Below, piece after piece: positions 20,648-30,823 of a DNA stretch of 64,000 bases. This DNA comes from an uncultured Pseudomonadota bacterium (GTDB lineage: Bacteria > Myxococcota_A > Polyangia > Fen-1088). The position numbers and the translations under genes were made by a program. The stretch is taken from the NCBI GenBank assembly GCA_963847705.1, contig CAWKBC010000025.1, positions 1 through 64,000 on the forward strand, written 5' to 3'. The notes beneath the pieces were generated by a model. It saw nothing but the letters and a program-made list of their open reading frames with translations, had not been told where the DNA came from and did no database searches. Each line of letters begins with the position of its first letter. Position 1 is the first letter of the stretch.

Positions 20648-22184
20648 AGACGACGCGGTTCACCCCTTTGACCTCGTTGACGATGCGCGACGAGAGGGTG
20701 GCGAGCAGATCGTACGGCAGCGGCACCCAGTCGGCGGTCATGCCGTCGCGCGAGTGGACGGCGCGCAGCGCGAGCACGTCGGCGTAGGTCCGTTCGTCGC
20801 CCATGACGCCGACGGTGCGAACCGGCAGGAGCACGCCGAACGACTGCCAGATCGACTCGTAGAGGCCGGCGGCGCGGATCTCCTCCTCGATGATGACGTC
20901 GGCGGCGCGCAGCACGTCGCAGCGCTCGCGGGTCACCTCGCCGAGGATGCGCACCGCCAGGCCGGGGCCGGGGAACGGCTGGCGCCAGAGCACGTGGTGG
21001 GGCAACCCCAGCTCGGCGCCGAGCGCGCGCACCTCGTCCTTGAAGAGCTCACGCAGCGGCTCGACCAGCTTGAGGTTCATCCGCTCGGGCAGGCCGCCCA
21101 CGTTGTGGTGCGACTTGATCATCGCCGACGGTCCCTTGAAGGAGACCGACTCGATGACGTCGGGGTAGAGCGTCCCCTGGACCAGGAACTCGGCCCCGGA
21201 TGAGGACCCGGCCAGCTTCTTGGCCTCTTCCTCGAACACGGCGATGAACTCGCCGCCGATGATCTTGCGCTTCCGCTCGGGATCGGTGACCCCCGCCAGC
21301 TTGCTCAGGAACCGCTCGCTGGCGTCGACGACGCGCAGATCGGCCTTGAAGGCGTCCCGAAACAGCGACTCGACCTGCGCCGCCTCGTTGGCGCGCTGCA
21401 GGCCCGTGTCGACGAAGATGCAGGTGAGACGTGACCCGATCGCCTTCAAGACAAGCGCCGCCGCCACCGACGAGTCGACCCCGCCCGAGAGCCCACAGAC
21501 GGCGTGGGCGTGGGGACCGACGCGCGCCGCGACGGTGGCGATCGCCTCGTCGACGAAGCCGGCCATCGTCCAGCTCGGCGTGCAGCCGCAGATGCGAAAC
21601 AGGAAGTTGGCCAGGATCTCTCCGCCCCGCGGCGTGTGCACCACCTCCGGGTGGAACTGCACGCCCCAGAACTTCCGCGCCGGGGCCGAGACCGCCGCCG
21701 CCGGGCAGTTGGCGCTCTCGCCGACCAGGTCGAACCCGGCCGGCAGCGCCTCGATCCGATCGCCGTGCGACATCCAGACGGGGATCTCCTCGCCGGGGGT
21801 GAAGCCGTGGAAGAGGTCACCGGTCTCCTTCACCTTCACCGTGGCGCGGCCGTACTCGCGTCGATCGGCGGCGGCCACCTTCCCACCGAGCAGCAGCGCG
21901 GTCAGCTGCACGCCGTAGCAGATCCCCAGGATCGGCACGCCCAGGTCGTAGAGCTCGGTCGAGATGCGCGGCGCGCCTGCGTCGTAGGCCGACGAGGGCC
22001 CGCCCGAGAGGATGATCCCGCGCGGCGCCAGCTCGCGGATGCGCGCGAGCGGCAGGTTGAAGGGGTGGATCTCCGAGTAGACCTTCTGCTCGCGCACGCG
22101 CCGCGCGATGAGCTGCGTGTACTGCGAACCGAAGTCGAGGATGAGGATGAGGTCGCGGGTCGATTTGACGGCGGGGCGGGACAT
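20604..22184 (-). CDS. guaA: GMP synthase (glutamine-hydrolysing)
   Basis: [50 protein letters not shown]. Confidence 0.99.
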   Translation of the reverse strand: MSRPAVKSTRDLILILDFGSQYTQLIARRVREQKVYSEIHPFNLPLARIRELAPRGIILSGGPSSAYDAGAPRISTELYDLGVPILGICYGVQLTALLLGGKVAAADRREYGRATVKVKETGDLFHGFTPGEEIPVWMSHGDRIEALPAGFDLVGESANCPAAAVSAPARKFWGVQFHPEVVHTPRGGEILANFLFRICGCTPSWTMAGFVDEAIATVAARVGPHAHAVCGLSGGVDSSVAAALVLKAIGSRLTCIFVDTGLQRANEAAQVESLFRDAFKADLRVVDASERFLSKLAGVTDPERKRKIIGGEFIAVFEEEAKKLAGSSSGAEFLVQGTLYPDVIESVSFKGPSAMIKSHHNVGGLPERMNLKLVEPLRELFKDEVRALGAELGLPHHVLWRQPFPGPGLAVRILGEVTRERCDVLRAADVIIEEEIRAAGLYESIWQSFGVLLPVRTVGVMGDERTYADVLALRAVHSRDGMTADWVPLPYDLLATLSSRIVNEVKGVNRVVYDISSKPPATIEWE

Positions 22185-23653
22185 CACTGCTCGACGCGGT
22201 AGTTGGGCGCCTCTTTGGTGATGATGACGTCGTGGACGTGCGACTCGCGCAGCCCCATCGCCGTCGCCCGCACGAAGCGCGCCTTGGTCCGCAGGTCTTC
22301 GATCGTCCGGCAGCCGGTGTAGCCCATGCCCGATTTGACCCCGCCGATCAGCTGGTAGAGCGACTGCGAGAGCGGCCCGCGGTACGGCACCCGCCCCTCG
22401 ATCCCCTCGGGGACCAGCTTGGCGTCGCTGGTGACCTCGCCCTGGAAGTAGCGGTCGCGGCTGCCGGCGCGCATGGCGCCGATCGACCCCATCCCTCGGT
22501 AAACCTTGTAGCTGCGCCCCTGGTACAGGATGATCTCGCCGGGCGCCTCGTCGGTGCCCGCGAACAGGCTCCCGATCATGACGCTGTGGGCGCCCGCGGC
22601 CAGCGCCTTGGCCACGTCGCCCGAGTACTTGATGCCGCCGTCCGCGACGATGGTGACGTTCATCGAGGCGACCGCCCGGGCGCAGTCATTGATGGCGGTG
22701 ATCTGCGGAACGCCCACGCCGGCCACCACGCGGGTCGTGCAGATCGAGCCCGGGCCGATCCCCACCTTGATCGCGTCCGCCCCGGCCTTGGCCAGCGCCA
22801 GCGCCGCCTCGCCGGTCGCCACGTTGCCGGCGATGATCTGCGCCTTGGGGAAGTTCTTGCGCACGTCGGCGACCGCCTGAACCACGGCGCGCGAATGGCC
22901 GTGGGCGGTGTCGATGCAGATGACGTCGGCGCCCGCCTTGAGGAGCGCGTCGACCCGCTCGTCGCGGTCGGGCCCCACGCCGACTGCCCCGCCGACGCGC
23001 AGCCGGCCGAAGTCGTCCTTGGCGGCGAAGGGATGCGCCTGCGCCTTCTCGATGTCCTTGATGGTGACGAGCCCCTTCAGGAACCCGCCGCCGTCGATGA
23101 CCAGCAGCTTCTCGATCCGGTTCCGGTGCAAGAGCTCCTTGGCGCTCTCGACGCTGGTCCCCTCGGCGATGGTGATGAGCTTCCTGGTCATCATCGCGCT
23201 GATCGGCTGCTCGAGGTTCCGCTCGAACCGGATGTCGCGGTTGGTGAGGATCCCGACCGGCCGCCCGTCGGAAGCGACCACCGGCAGGCCGGAGATCTCG
23301 TGCCGCTTCATCAGCTCGAGCGCGACCGCCAGCTTCTGGTCGGGGCCGACGGTGACCGGGTTGACCACCACGCCGCTCTCCGCCTTCTTGACCTTGGTGA
23401 CCTCCAGCGCCTGCTGGGGAATGGTGTAGTTCTTGTGGACGATGCCGATGCCGCCCTCGCGGGCCATGCAGATGGCGGTGGCCGCCTCGGTGACCGTATC
23501 CATGGCCGAGGAGACGATCGGGATGGCCAAGCTGATCCCTGGCGTCAGCTGCGTCCGCACGTCGACGTCCTTCGGAATGACGTCGCTGTCGGCCGGAACC
23601 AGCAGCACGTCATCGAAGGTGAGCGCTTCCCGAAGGTGACCGTCCGGCAGCAT
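22184..23653 (-). CDS. guaB: IMP dehydrogenase
   Basis: [20 protein letters not shown] pair, [24 protein letters not shown]. Confidence 0.99.
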   Translation of the reverse strand: MLPDGHLREALTFDDVLLVPADSDVIPKDVDVRTQLTPGISLAIPIVSSAMDTVTEAATAICMAREGGIGIVHKNYTIPQQALEVTKVKKAESGVVVNPVTVGPDQKLAVALELMKRHEISGLPVVASDGRPVGILTNRDIRFERNLEQPISAMMTRKLITIAEGTSVESAKELLHRNRIEKLLVIDGGGFLKGLVTIKDIEKAQAHPFAAKDDFGRLRVGGAVGVGPDRDERVDALLKAGADVICIDTAHGHSRAVVQAVADVRKNFPKAQIIAGNVATGEAALALAKAGADAIKVGIGPGSICTTRVVAGVGVPQITAINDCARAVASMNVTIVADGGIKYSGDVAKALAAGAHSVMIGSLFAGTDEAPGEIILYQGRSYKVYRGMGSIGAMRAGSRDRYFQGEVTSDAKLVPEGIEGRVPYRGPLSQSLYQLIGGVKSGMGYTGCRTIEDLRTKARFVRATAMGLRESHVHDVIITKEAPNYRVEQ

Positions 23654-23735
23654 CTCGGGAGATTAGCCGAACGACCTCCGGTGCGGCAAGGCCATCTGCC
23701 CGGTTTCCGGAGGCGTCTGCCGGAGGTTCCCAGCC

Positions 23736-24770
23736 TCAGTGAACGCCGTGTTTGGTGCAGCTGGCGACGATGGCGTCGGCCTGCTTCTGCGCCTCGGGCT
23801 TGACGCCCGGGAGCGCCTTGAGCTTGCCCAGCTCCGCCCTGGCATCCGGGCAGTCCCCCTTGGCGACCAGGACCTTCATCAGCTCGTAGTGCCCAAGCGG
23901 GCTCCTGGGGTCGAGGTCGACGGCGGCCCGGCACTCGCCAGCGGCGCGCGCGGCGTCCTTCTGCTCCAGCAACGCGCGACAGAGATCGGCGGCGAAGGCG
24001 GCGCTCTTGCCGTCCAGCTTGCGGGCCCGCTCCTGGGCCGCCACCGCGGCCGGAAGCTGTCCGCGTTTGAGCTCGACCCGGCCGAGGCGGTTCCAGCCGA
24101 GCGCGAAGTCGGGCTTGAGCTTGGTCGCCTTGTCGAGCGCCGCCTGCGCGCCGTCGAGATCCTTCTGGTCCGACAGCACCATGCCGAGATCGGCCCAGGC
24201 GACCGGATCGCGCGGGGCCAGGCGGGTGGCGTCCTTGAGCGCGGCGACCGCGCCGGGCAGATCGCCGGTGCGGCGAAGAGCCGCGCCCAGGTTCAGGCGG
24301 TAACCTGCGTCGGAGGGCTTGAGGCGCACGGCGGTGCGGTAGGCGGCGACCGCCTCTCCGTTCTTGGCGAGCGCGTCGCGGGCCACCCCCAAGTTGTAAG
24401 CGGCTTCCGCGTAGTCCGGCTTGGTCCGCAGGGCCGCCTCCAGCTCGGCGGCGGCGCCGGCCGCGTCGCCGCGGGCGAGCAGCAGCGCCCCCAGGTTGTT
24501 GTGCGCCTCGGGAAAGTCGCTCTTGAGTCCCACCGCCTTGCGGTAGGCGGCGGTCGCGCCCGGCGCGTCTCCCTTCTTTTCCAGCGCCACGCCCGTGAGG
24601 TATTGCGGGCGGGCGTCGCGCGGATCGGCCTGGGCGGCCTCCTGAAACGCGGCCAGCGCGCCGGCGGTGTCGCCCTGGCGAAACAGCCGCTCCCCTTTTT
24701 CCAGGAGCGGCGCGGCGCCGCCGCCTGTCTCTTGAGCCAGCAGCACCAACAGCAGCGGGAGCGCGTTCAT
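23736..24770 (-). CDS. Secreted TPR-repeat protein
   Basis: Signal peptide followed by ~8-9 TPR units (AHNNLG, AAYNLG, AWADLG). Confidence 0.9.
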   Translation of the reverse strand: MNALPLLLVLLAQETGGGAAPLLEKGERLFRQGDTAGALAAFQEAAQADPRDARPQYLTGVALEKKGDAPGATAAYRKAVGLKSDFPEAHNNLGALLLARGDAAGAAAELEAALRTKPDYAEAAYNLGVARDALAKNGEAVAAYRTAVRLKPSDAGYRLNLGAALRRTGDLPGAVAALKDATRLAPRDPVAWADLGMVLSDQKDLDGAQAALDKATKLKPDFALGWNRLGRVELKRGQLPAAVAAQERARKLDGKSAAFAADLCRALLEQKDAARAAGECRAAVDLDPRSPLGHYELMKVLVAKGDCPDARAELGKLKALPGVKPEAQKQADAIVASCTKHGVH

Positions 24771-24780
24771 CGCGCGCAGT

Positions 24781-27444
24781 CTACCTTTCGGTCAGCAGGT
24801 CCAGAAGCCTGGTCTTGATCCGCGCCATCCGCTCGGGGTCGGTGATCTTCACCAGGTTCGCCTTGTCGCGCACGTAGAAGACGTCGATGGCGCGGTTCGC
24901 CTCGGTGGCGATCTTCGAGCGGTGGATGTCGAGACCCTCGTTGAACAAGGTGCGGGTGATGGCGTAGAGGACGCCCGGCCGGTCCTCGGTGATCACCTCC
25001 AGGACCGTGAAGTCGCGACTGACCTCGTTGTCGAGCTTGAGCTCCGAGGGAACGGCCGGCGTCCTCCAGGACGCGATCGAGTCGCCGCGCGGGCGCGCCG
25101 CCACCAGCGCCTCGCCGGTGACCTTGCCCGAGAGCACCGCCTCCAGATCCTCGCGGACTTTCTTCCAGCGCCCCTCGTCCATGACCGGGCGCCGCATCCC
25201 GTCCCGCACGCGGAAGACGTCCAGCGCCTCCGCCTCCTCGCCGACGCCGACGGGCTGGCGCGAGTAGATGGCGGCGTCGACGACCTCGATCCGGTTGGCG
25301 TAGAGGACCCCCGCCACCTCGGCCAGAAGGCCGGGGAGGTCGCGCGCCGCCAGCACCATCTCGGTGATCCCCAGGCGCGGCTCGTGCGAAACCTCGACGA
25401 GCGCGCTCTTGTGGGCCTGGCGCCGCTCCCGGATGAGGCGGACGTGCTTGGCGATCCGCAGGGCCGAGTTTTCGGCGAAGTAGCGATCGGGAAAGCCGCC
25501 GAAGAGGGTGGTGAGCTCCGCGTTCTTCTCCGGCTCCTCGAGGATGGCGGCCGCGCGCTTCTGGCGCCGCTCGACGATCTCGGCGCGCTCGGCGCCGAGC
25601 AGGTCAGGCCCGCGGCGCAGGAACTTGAGCGTGCGGGTGTAGAGCTCGCCGAGCAGCGTCTCCTTCCAGCTCGACATCGCGTCCGGCGCCACCGAGGCGA
25701 GATCGCAGAAGGTGAGGAGGTAAAGCTCGTGCAGGTTCTCCTCGTCGCCGCACAGGGCGGCGAAGTCGGAGATCATGCCGATGTCGTCGAGGTCGCGCCG
25801 CTGCGACATCTGGCCCATCACCAGGTGCTGGCGGACCAGGAACTCGACCCGCCGGATGTCCTCCTCCTCGATCCCCAGGCGCTGGCAGATGGTGACCGCC
25901 AGCCCGGCGCCGATCTCGCTGTGGGGGCTGCCGTACGGTTTGCCCACGTCGTGGAGCAGCGTCCCGGCGGCCAGCGCCACCGGGCGGGTCACGGCGCGCA
26001 CGGTCTCGGTCGGCATCGGGAACTGATCGGCGTGGTCGCCACGGCCGAGCGCATGCAGCCGCCCGACCGCGTAGAGCGCGTGCTGGTCGACGGTGTAGAC
26101 GTGATAAATGTCGTGCTGCACGCGCCCCGTCGAGGGCTCCCACTCGGGCATCAGCGCGGCGAGGAGACCGAGGTCCTGCATCTGCTCCAGGCGCGACGGG
26201 TTGGCCTTGTCGCGCCCGTCGCAGACGATCTCCATGAAGCAGCGTCCAGAGTCGGGATCGGCGCGCAGCGCCTCGCCGTGGGTGGCGGCCAGCTCGCCCA
26301 GCATCTCCAGCGTCCGCAGCGACAGCGGGATGTCGAAGGCGATCGCCACCTGAAAGATGCGGAGCATCTCCGAGGGCTTCTTCTCGAACACCGAGCCGTC
26401 CTTCCCCTCGAGAGCCCCCTCGCGCACGACGAAGCTGTCATCAACAGCGCCTCCGTCGAGCGTCGGAACGGGTTGGCTGGGGCGGCGCGGCTCGTCGCGC
26501 GCGGTCGCCCGCTGGAGCAGCCGCTCGGTCTCGTTGCGGATCAACTTGGCGTGCGCGTGGTACTGGTGCATCAGCGCTTCGACGGCCGGGTGAACCGCCG
26601 GACGAATGACGCCGCCCCGGTCCCGTGCGTCTGGACAGAGCACCGGCGCGATCGCCTCCTGCAGCGCGAACCTCAGGTGATCCATCCGGCGGCCGGCCGC
26701 GGCGTGCATGGCGATCCGGACGCGCAACAACCACTCGGTGGCGGCGACGAACGCCTGCGCCAGCCGCCCGGTCATCACCCCCTTGGCCAGGAGCTCCTTG
26801 GGATCGGAAGTCCCGAAACGGGCCATCGCCGCCCAGCGGCCGACGCAGAGATCGCGCATGCCGCCCGGGCCGTTCTTGAGGTCGGGCTCGAGGAGAAAGA
26901 TCGTGTCGCCGAACCGGCTGTGGCGCGCCGTCTGCTCGGCCCGCAGGCGGGCCACGAAGTCCTCGGCGGCGGTCTTCGCCACCCGCTTGCGGAAGGCGTC
27001 CAGGAAGCGGCGCCCCAGCACCTCGTCCCCGGTCAGGAAGCGTGCGTCGAGGAGCGCGGTGGCCGCCGCCAGATCGCTGGCCGGCAAGGAGAGCGCCTGG
27101 TCGTACGACCGGACCGCATGCCCGGCGTCGACCTTGGCGTCCCACAGCGGGTAGAGGATCGCCTCGGCGAGCGTCTGGACCTCCGGCCCCGGCGTCTTCG
27201 GGCAGAGGACCAGGAGGTCGAGATCGGAATAGGGCGCCAGCTCGCAGCGACCGAAGCCGCCGGTGGCGAACACCGCCACCGGCGTCTTGCACTTCGCCAC
27301 CTCGCGGCCAGCCGCCTCGACGACGATCGCGTCGACGTCGCTGGAAAGCGCCCGCGACACCTCGATCCCGTTTCCGCCGGCGCGCACCGCCGCCGCCGCA
27401 CGCTCGCGGGCCTCCGAAAATGCCCGGACGATATCCAACGTCAT
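24781..27444 (-). CDS. glnD: [Protein-PII] uridylyltransferase
   Basis: GGFGRCELAPYSDLD, EPDLKNGPGGMRD, YHVYTVDQH, LLHDVGK, two ACT domains (DLPGLL, DRPGVL). Confidence 0.97.
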   Translation of the reverse strand: MTLDIVRAFSEARERAAAAVRAGGNGIEVSRALSSDVDAIVVEAAGREVAKCKTPVAVFATGGFGRCELAPYSDLDLLVLCPKTPGPEVQTLAEAILYPLWDAKVDAGHAVRSYDQALSLPASDLAAATALLDARFLTGDEVLGRRFLDAFRKRVAKTAAEDFVARLRAEQTARHSRFGDTIFLLEPDLKNGPGGMRDLCVGRWAAMARFGTSDPKELLAKGVMTGRLAQAFVAATEWLLRVRIAMHAAAGRRMDHLRFALQEAIAPVLCPDARDRGGVIRPAVHPAVEALMHQYHAHAKLIRNETERLLQRATARDEPRRPSQPVPTLDGGAVDDSFVVREGALEGKDGSVFEKKPSEMLRIFQVAIAFDIPLSLRTLEMLGELAATHGEALRADPDSGRCFMEIVCDGRDKANPSRLEQMQDLGLLAALMPEWEPSTGRVQHDIYHVYTVDQHALYAVGRLHALGRGDHADQFPMPTETVRAVTRPVALAAGTLLHDVGKPYGSPHSEIGAGLAVTICQRLGIEEEDIRRVEFLVRQHLVMGQMSQRRDLDDIGMISDFAALCGDEENLHELYLLTFCDLASVAPDAMSSWKETLLGELYTRTLKFLRRGPDLLGAERAEIVERRQKRAAAILEEPEKNAELTTLFGGFPDRYFAENSALRIAKHVRLIRERRQAHKSALVEVSHEPRLGITEMVLAARDLPGLLAEVAGVLYANRIEVVDAAIYSRQPVGVGEEAEALDVFRVRDGMRRPVMDEGRWKKVREDLEAVLSGKVTGEALVAARPRGDSIASWRTPAVPSELKLDNEVSRDFTVLEVITEDRPGVLYAITRTLFNEGLDIHRSKIATEANRAIDVFYVRDKANLVKITDPERMARIKTRLLDLLTER

Positions 27445-27516
27445 CGAGACCAGACACTATCAGAATCCGACGGGACTCATTTGACGTCCGTCGGGGCGTG
27501 CGGCACGGTTATCCCC

Positions 27517-27990
27517 ATGGCCGAGATCGAGCTGGCGCCGCTGTCGCATCGCCTTGACGAAGATGAGACGCGGACGCTCGCCAAGCTTTTGGCCGACGCG
27601 GGCGCGTCCCCGGTGGAAAAAACCGACGAGCACGCCTCGCACACCATCGCCGCCCGCCTGTCCGAAGAGGCTTTGACCGAGTTCCTGGATTGGCTGGACG
27701 CCCACGATCTGGGCGCGGAGATCTACATGCCGGTCGAGTTCGAGGGGCGCGTCGTCGTCGGCGACTTCCGCGTCGCGTCGTCGCAGGCGCTGCTCGACGT
27801 CCTCGAGGAGATGCGCGAGGAGCTCTCGGTCGACACCGAGGAGCCGGAAGAGGACGAAGAGGAAGACGAGGAAGAGGAAGAGGACGAAGGGACCGTCATC
27901 GAGGCGCAGCTGCGGCACATCTGGCACCTCGTCGCCGACGGGGCCACCGAGTCCATCGAAAAAGGTCTCCCGCTGCATATTCAGCTCTGA
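27517..27990 (+). CDS. Acidic hypothetical protein
   Basis: MAEIELAPLSHRLDE...; genome-typical codon usage; poly-Glu/Asp tract; divergent from glnD. Confidence 0.75.
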   Translation: MAEIELAPLSHRLDEDETRTLAKLLADAGASPVEKTDEHASHTIAARLSEEALTEFLDWLDAHDLGAEIYMPVEFEGRVVVGDFRVASSQALLDVLEEMREELSVDTEEPEEDEEEDEEEEEDEGTVIEAQLRHIWHLVADGATESIEKGLPLHIQL

Positions 27991-27998
27991 AACACCCC

Positions 27999-28078
27999 CC
28001 CGAACAGCCCCCTAGTTCCTTCCAGTTCCCGAACTGCCCCTGGTTCCTTCCCGCTCCCGAACTGCCCCCTACTCCCCT
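27999..28078 (+). repeat. Three imperfect ~28-29 bp C-rich tandem repeats
   Basis: Units approximating CCCGAAC(A/T)GCCCC(C)T(A/G)GTTCCTTCC; the third is partial. Confidence 0.7.
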
Positions 28079-28106
28079 GAGCGGTCCCCGGATTGTCCCG
28101 GGCACA

Positions 28107-28278
28107 CCTCGCAAGTTACGTACGGAATCGAGGACAGCCCTCGATTCACCGCTCTCCTCCGTACGTGGGCTTTTGCCGGCGCGTGGTCTGCAACAACTTC
28201 AACGGCAGACCACGCGCCGGCAAAAGCTCCGAGCGGAGGAGAGCGGGTGTTCGAGCCGCCGCCCTCGATTCCGCGAGG
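28107..28278. other. Long imperfect inverted repeat (candidate structured ncRNA, MITE or terminator)
   Basis: Perfect 23-bp stem 28169-28191 / 28205-28227, extended by CCGCTCTCCTCC/GGAGGAGAGCGG and CGGAATCGAGG/CCTCGATTCCG. Confidence 0.75.
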
Positions 28279-28334
28279 CCCTGACCTGAGGTCCCCATCG
28301 TGAGGTCCCAGTCGTGGGAACTGGAGGGAGGCCT

Positions 28335-29380
28335 TCAGGCGCGCATGAAGACGTGCGGCGGGATGGGATCGGGGTACACAGACCGGAGCTCGACCTTGCG
28401 CTCGAGGTCCCGGATGATGGCGGTCGCCACATCGATCTCGTAGAGGTCGTTGATGTTGGCGATCCCGCCGGGCGCGAAGACGTTGATCTCGAGGATCTTG
28501 TCTCCCACCAGATCGACGCCCACGAAGTAGAGGCCGTCGGCCACCAGGCGCGGGCGCAGCAGATCGCAGATTCGCCGCTCGGCCTCGGAGAAGTCGGTCC
28601 GCTTGCGCGAGCCGCCGACGTGGATGTTGTTCCGGATGTCGTCCTTCGGGCGCATCCGTTTGTACGCCGCCACGACGCCGCCGACCTCGAGCGGCACGCC
28701 CCCCAGGAGGAGCACACGCTTGTCCCCCTTCGCCACCGCCGGCAGATATTCCTGCACGATCACGTACCCGGCGCGGCGCACGGTCGAGATCATCTGTTGC
28801 AGGTTCGCGCTCTGCCCGCGCGCGACATAGAAGACGTTCTTTCCGCCGAAGCCTGCCAGCGGCTTGATGATCGCCGGCCCGTCGAGCTCGCGCAGGAACG
28901 CCCGGACGCGCTCCATCGATCGGGTGACCAGCGTCTTCGGGCGAAGCTCGACCGGAAATCCGGCCAGGTACATCTTCGACCCCGCGCGCGACAGGCCGTC
29001 GGGATCGTTGAGCACGAGGACGCCGAGCTGCTTGAGACGCCGCCCGAAGTCGAGCGCCGGGTTGAAGCGGTCCCCCCCTCTCCGCCCCCCGCGTTCGGGT
29101 TGTTGCGCAGGAAGATCACGTCGAAGTCGACGAGCCGCGCGTCCTCGCGCGGGGCCTCCGGTCCCGTCAGCGCCTTGGCGTAGGCGACGGCGTCTCGGAG
29201 ACGGCCGGGCTTCGGGCGCACCACCTCGGCCACGATGTCGGCGCCCTCCCCCTGCGAGAACGCGTCGACCGAGGCGAAGGCGACGTCGTGCCCGCGCCGG
29301 TAAGCGGCGAACGCCAGGTGCAGGGTCGTGTAGCTCGCTCTTTGCGTCCGGGCGCTGTTGACGACGAAGCAAAGCCGCAT
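28335..29380 (-). CDS. gshB: Glutathione synthetase (frameshift in 7-C run at 29072-29078)
   Basis: N-terminal half: YTTLHLAFAAYRRGH, FDVIFLRNNP. C-terminal half: VLNDP, IIKPLAGFGG, QEYLPAVAKGDKRV, RNNIHVGG, EINVFAPGG. Confidence 0.85.
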
Positions 29381-29459
29381 GGGCGCGGCGAAAACTATAC
29401 CCCGCCGCGCCGCCTGAACGCTGGGTCTTTATGTCGACATCCGCTAAGATTCCAAGCTA

Positions 29460-30686
29460 ATGGCCGGTAAGACCTTTCCAGGGATTGGCGACCTGGAGGA
29501 TGAGGTGCCCCCGCTGGATCCGGCCGACGCCGCGGACAGCAGCAGCAACTCGCAGGGTCACTATTCGGGCCCGACCGTCGTCGACGATGCCAAAGTCGAG
29601 CAGGGGCTGAAGAAGCTCCGCTCGCTCGACCTGCCGCTCGGTCCCCTGACCGGGATCGACCAGGCGATCGTCGAGGTGCTCGCCGACCCGGCCCGCGTGA
29701 CGCCGTCGGTCCCGGTTCCTGCGGAGCTCCTGATGCCGGAGATCACGATCGATCCCTCGCGCGGGACGGCCGTCGGACGCAGCGTGAGTGGCCCGGTCGT
29801 GGGGCAGCAAACCACGCAGCCGTTCGATGATCGGGCCCTGCGCGGAACGATGTTCGGACATGGCGTTCACCTCCCCGATCTCGAGGAGGCGAGGCGCGCG
29901 ATGCTGGTCGAGACGTCGACCGCGCTCGCCGTCGTGGAGCGGGGCGTTCCGACCACCAACGAGATCACCGTCTTCCAACCGGGCACCTATCCCCAGCGGA
30001 CGGAGATCCCGGTGGGGCGGGAGCCCCCTCCGCCGCGCTCGAGCCGGTTTCAATCAGAGGACACGCCGATCGCCCTGCGCACGGTTTCATCGCGCAAGCT
30101 CGCCATCCGGATCGCAGTGGCAGGAGCCGGGATCGCCGCGATCGTGGGGGCGGCGCTGCTCTGGGTTCACTCCAATGGCGAGACCGACCTCGGCGCGCGT
30201 GCCCCAGTGTCCATCCCGGCGCCGCGACCGCAGAGGGCCGCCGAGGTCCAGCAGATCGCAGCACCACCGGCCCCACTGCCGGCGACGACGCCGCCGCGCG
30301 CCACGACCGCGCCCACGGCGACGACGCAGCCGCCCGCCGGGCCCGCGCCCGCGGCGGCTCCACCCCCGCCTGCCGCCAGGCGCCCCGCACCGGCGGTCGC
30401 GCCGCGCAGGGCCGCGGCGACGCCGCCCCACGACGACGATCCGGCGGCCGCGGCCCTTCCGCCAGAGACGACGCAGCCGTCGAGCTCGGCTGAATCAACG
30501 GCGCGGCGCCCTCATTCGGCCTCGGCACACGCCGATCGGCGCCGTTCGGCGGCCTCGTCCGAGGCGACCGGGGGAGCCACCAAGCCGGACGAGGGCGCGA
30601 AGCCGGACAGGCCCGACAAGTCGACGAGGGGCAAGAAGCCGGTCGAGGAAGACCCTGACGCCACCATGGCGCCGTCGATCGAGTGA
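29460..30686 (+). CDS. Single-pass membrane protein with Pro/Ala-rich tail
   Basis: TM segment IAVAGAGIAAIVGAALLWV; low-complexity regions; ends EEDPDATMAPSIE. Confidence 0.7.
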   Translation: MAGKTFPGIGDLEDEVPPLDPADAADSSSNSQGHYSGPTVVDDAKVEQGLKKLRSLDLPLGPLTGIDQAIVEVLADPARVTPSVPVPAELLMPEITIDPSRGTAVGRSVSGPVVGQQTTQPFDDRALRGTMFGHGVHLPDLEEARRAMLVETSTALAVVERGVPTTNEITVFQPGTYPQRTEIPVGREPPPPRSSRFQSEDTPIALRTVSSRKLAIRIAVAGAGIAAIVGAALLWVHSNGETDLGARAPVSIPAPRPQRAAEVQQIAAPPAPLPATTPPRATTAPTATTQPPAGPAPAAAPPPPAARRPAPAVAPRRAAATPPHDDDPAAAALPPETTQPSSSAESTARRPHSASAHADRRRSAASSEATGGATKPDEGAKPDRPDKSTRGKKPVEEDPDATMAPSIE

Positions 30687-30823
30687 CGTCTGCCAGCGCT
30701 CCTGGCGCATGAATTTCGCTCCTGCGCATGAGAGCGCGCGCCTGCGGATGAGCGTGCCCAGCTGCCCCTGACGACCGTTCATGCGATTGCCGTGGCCAGA
30801 TCGGCGTGTTACCCCTAGACGCA

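Noticed and set aside
24922-27990. 1022-aa plus-strand ORF
   Set aside because: Antisense to glnD; only the last 157 codons (from 27517) look like a real gene.
27999-28078. Possible CRISPR array
   Set aside because: Repeats are adjacent with no unique spacers, and no cas genes are present.
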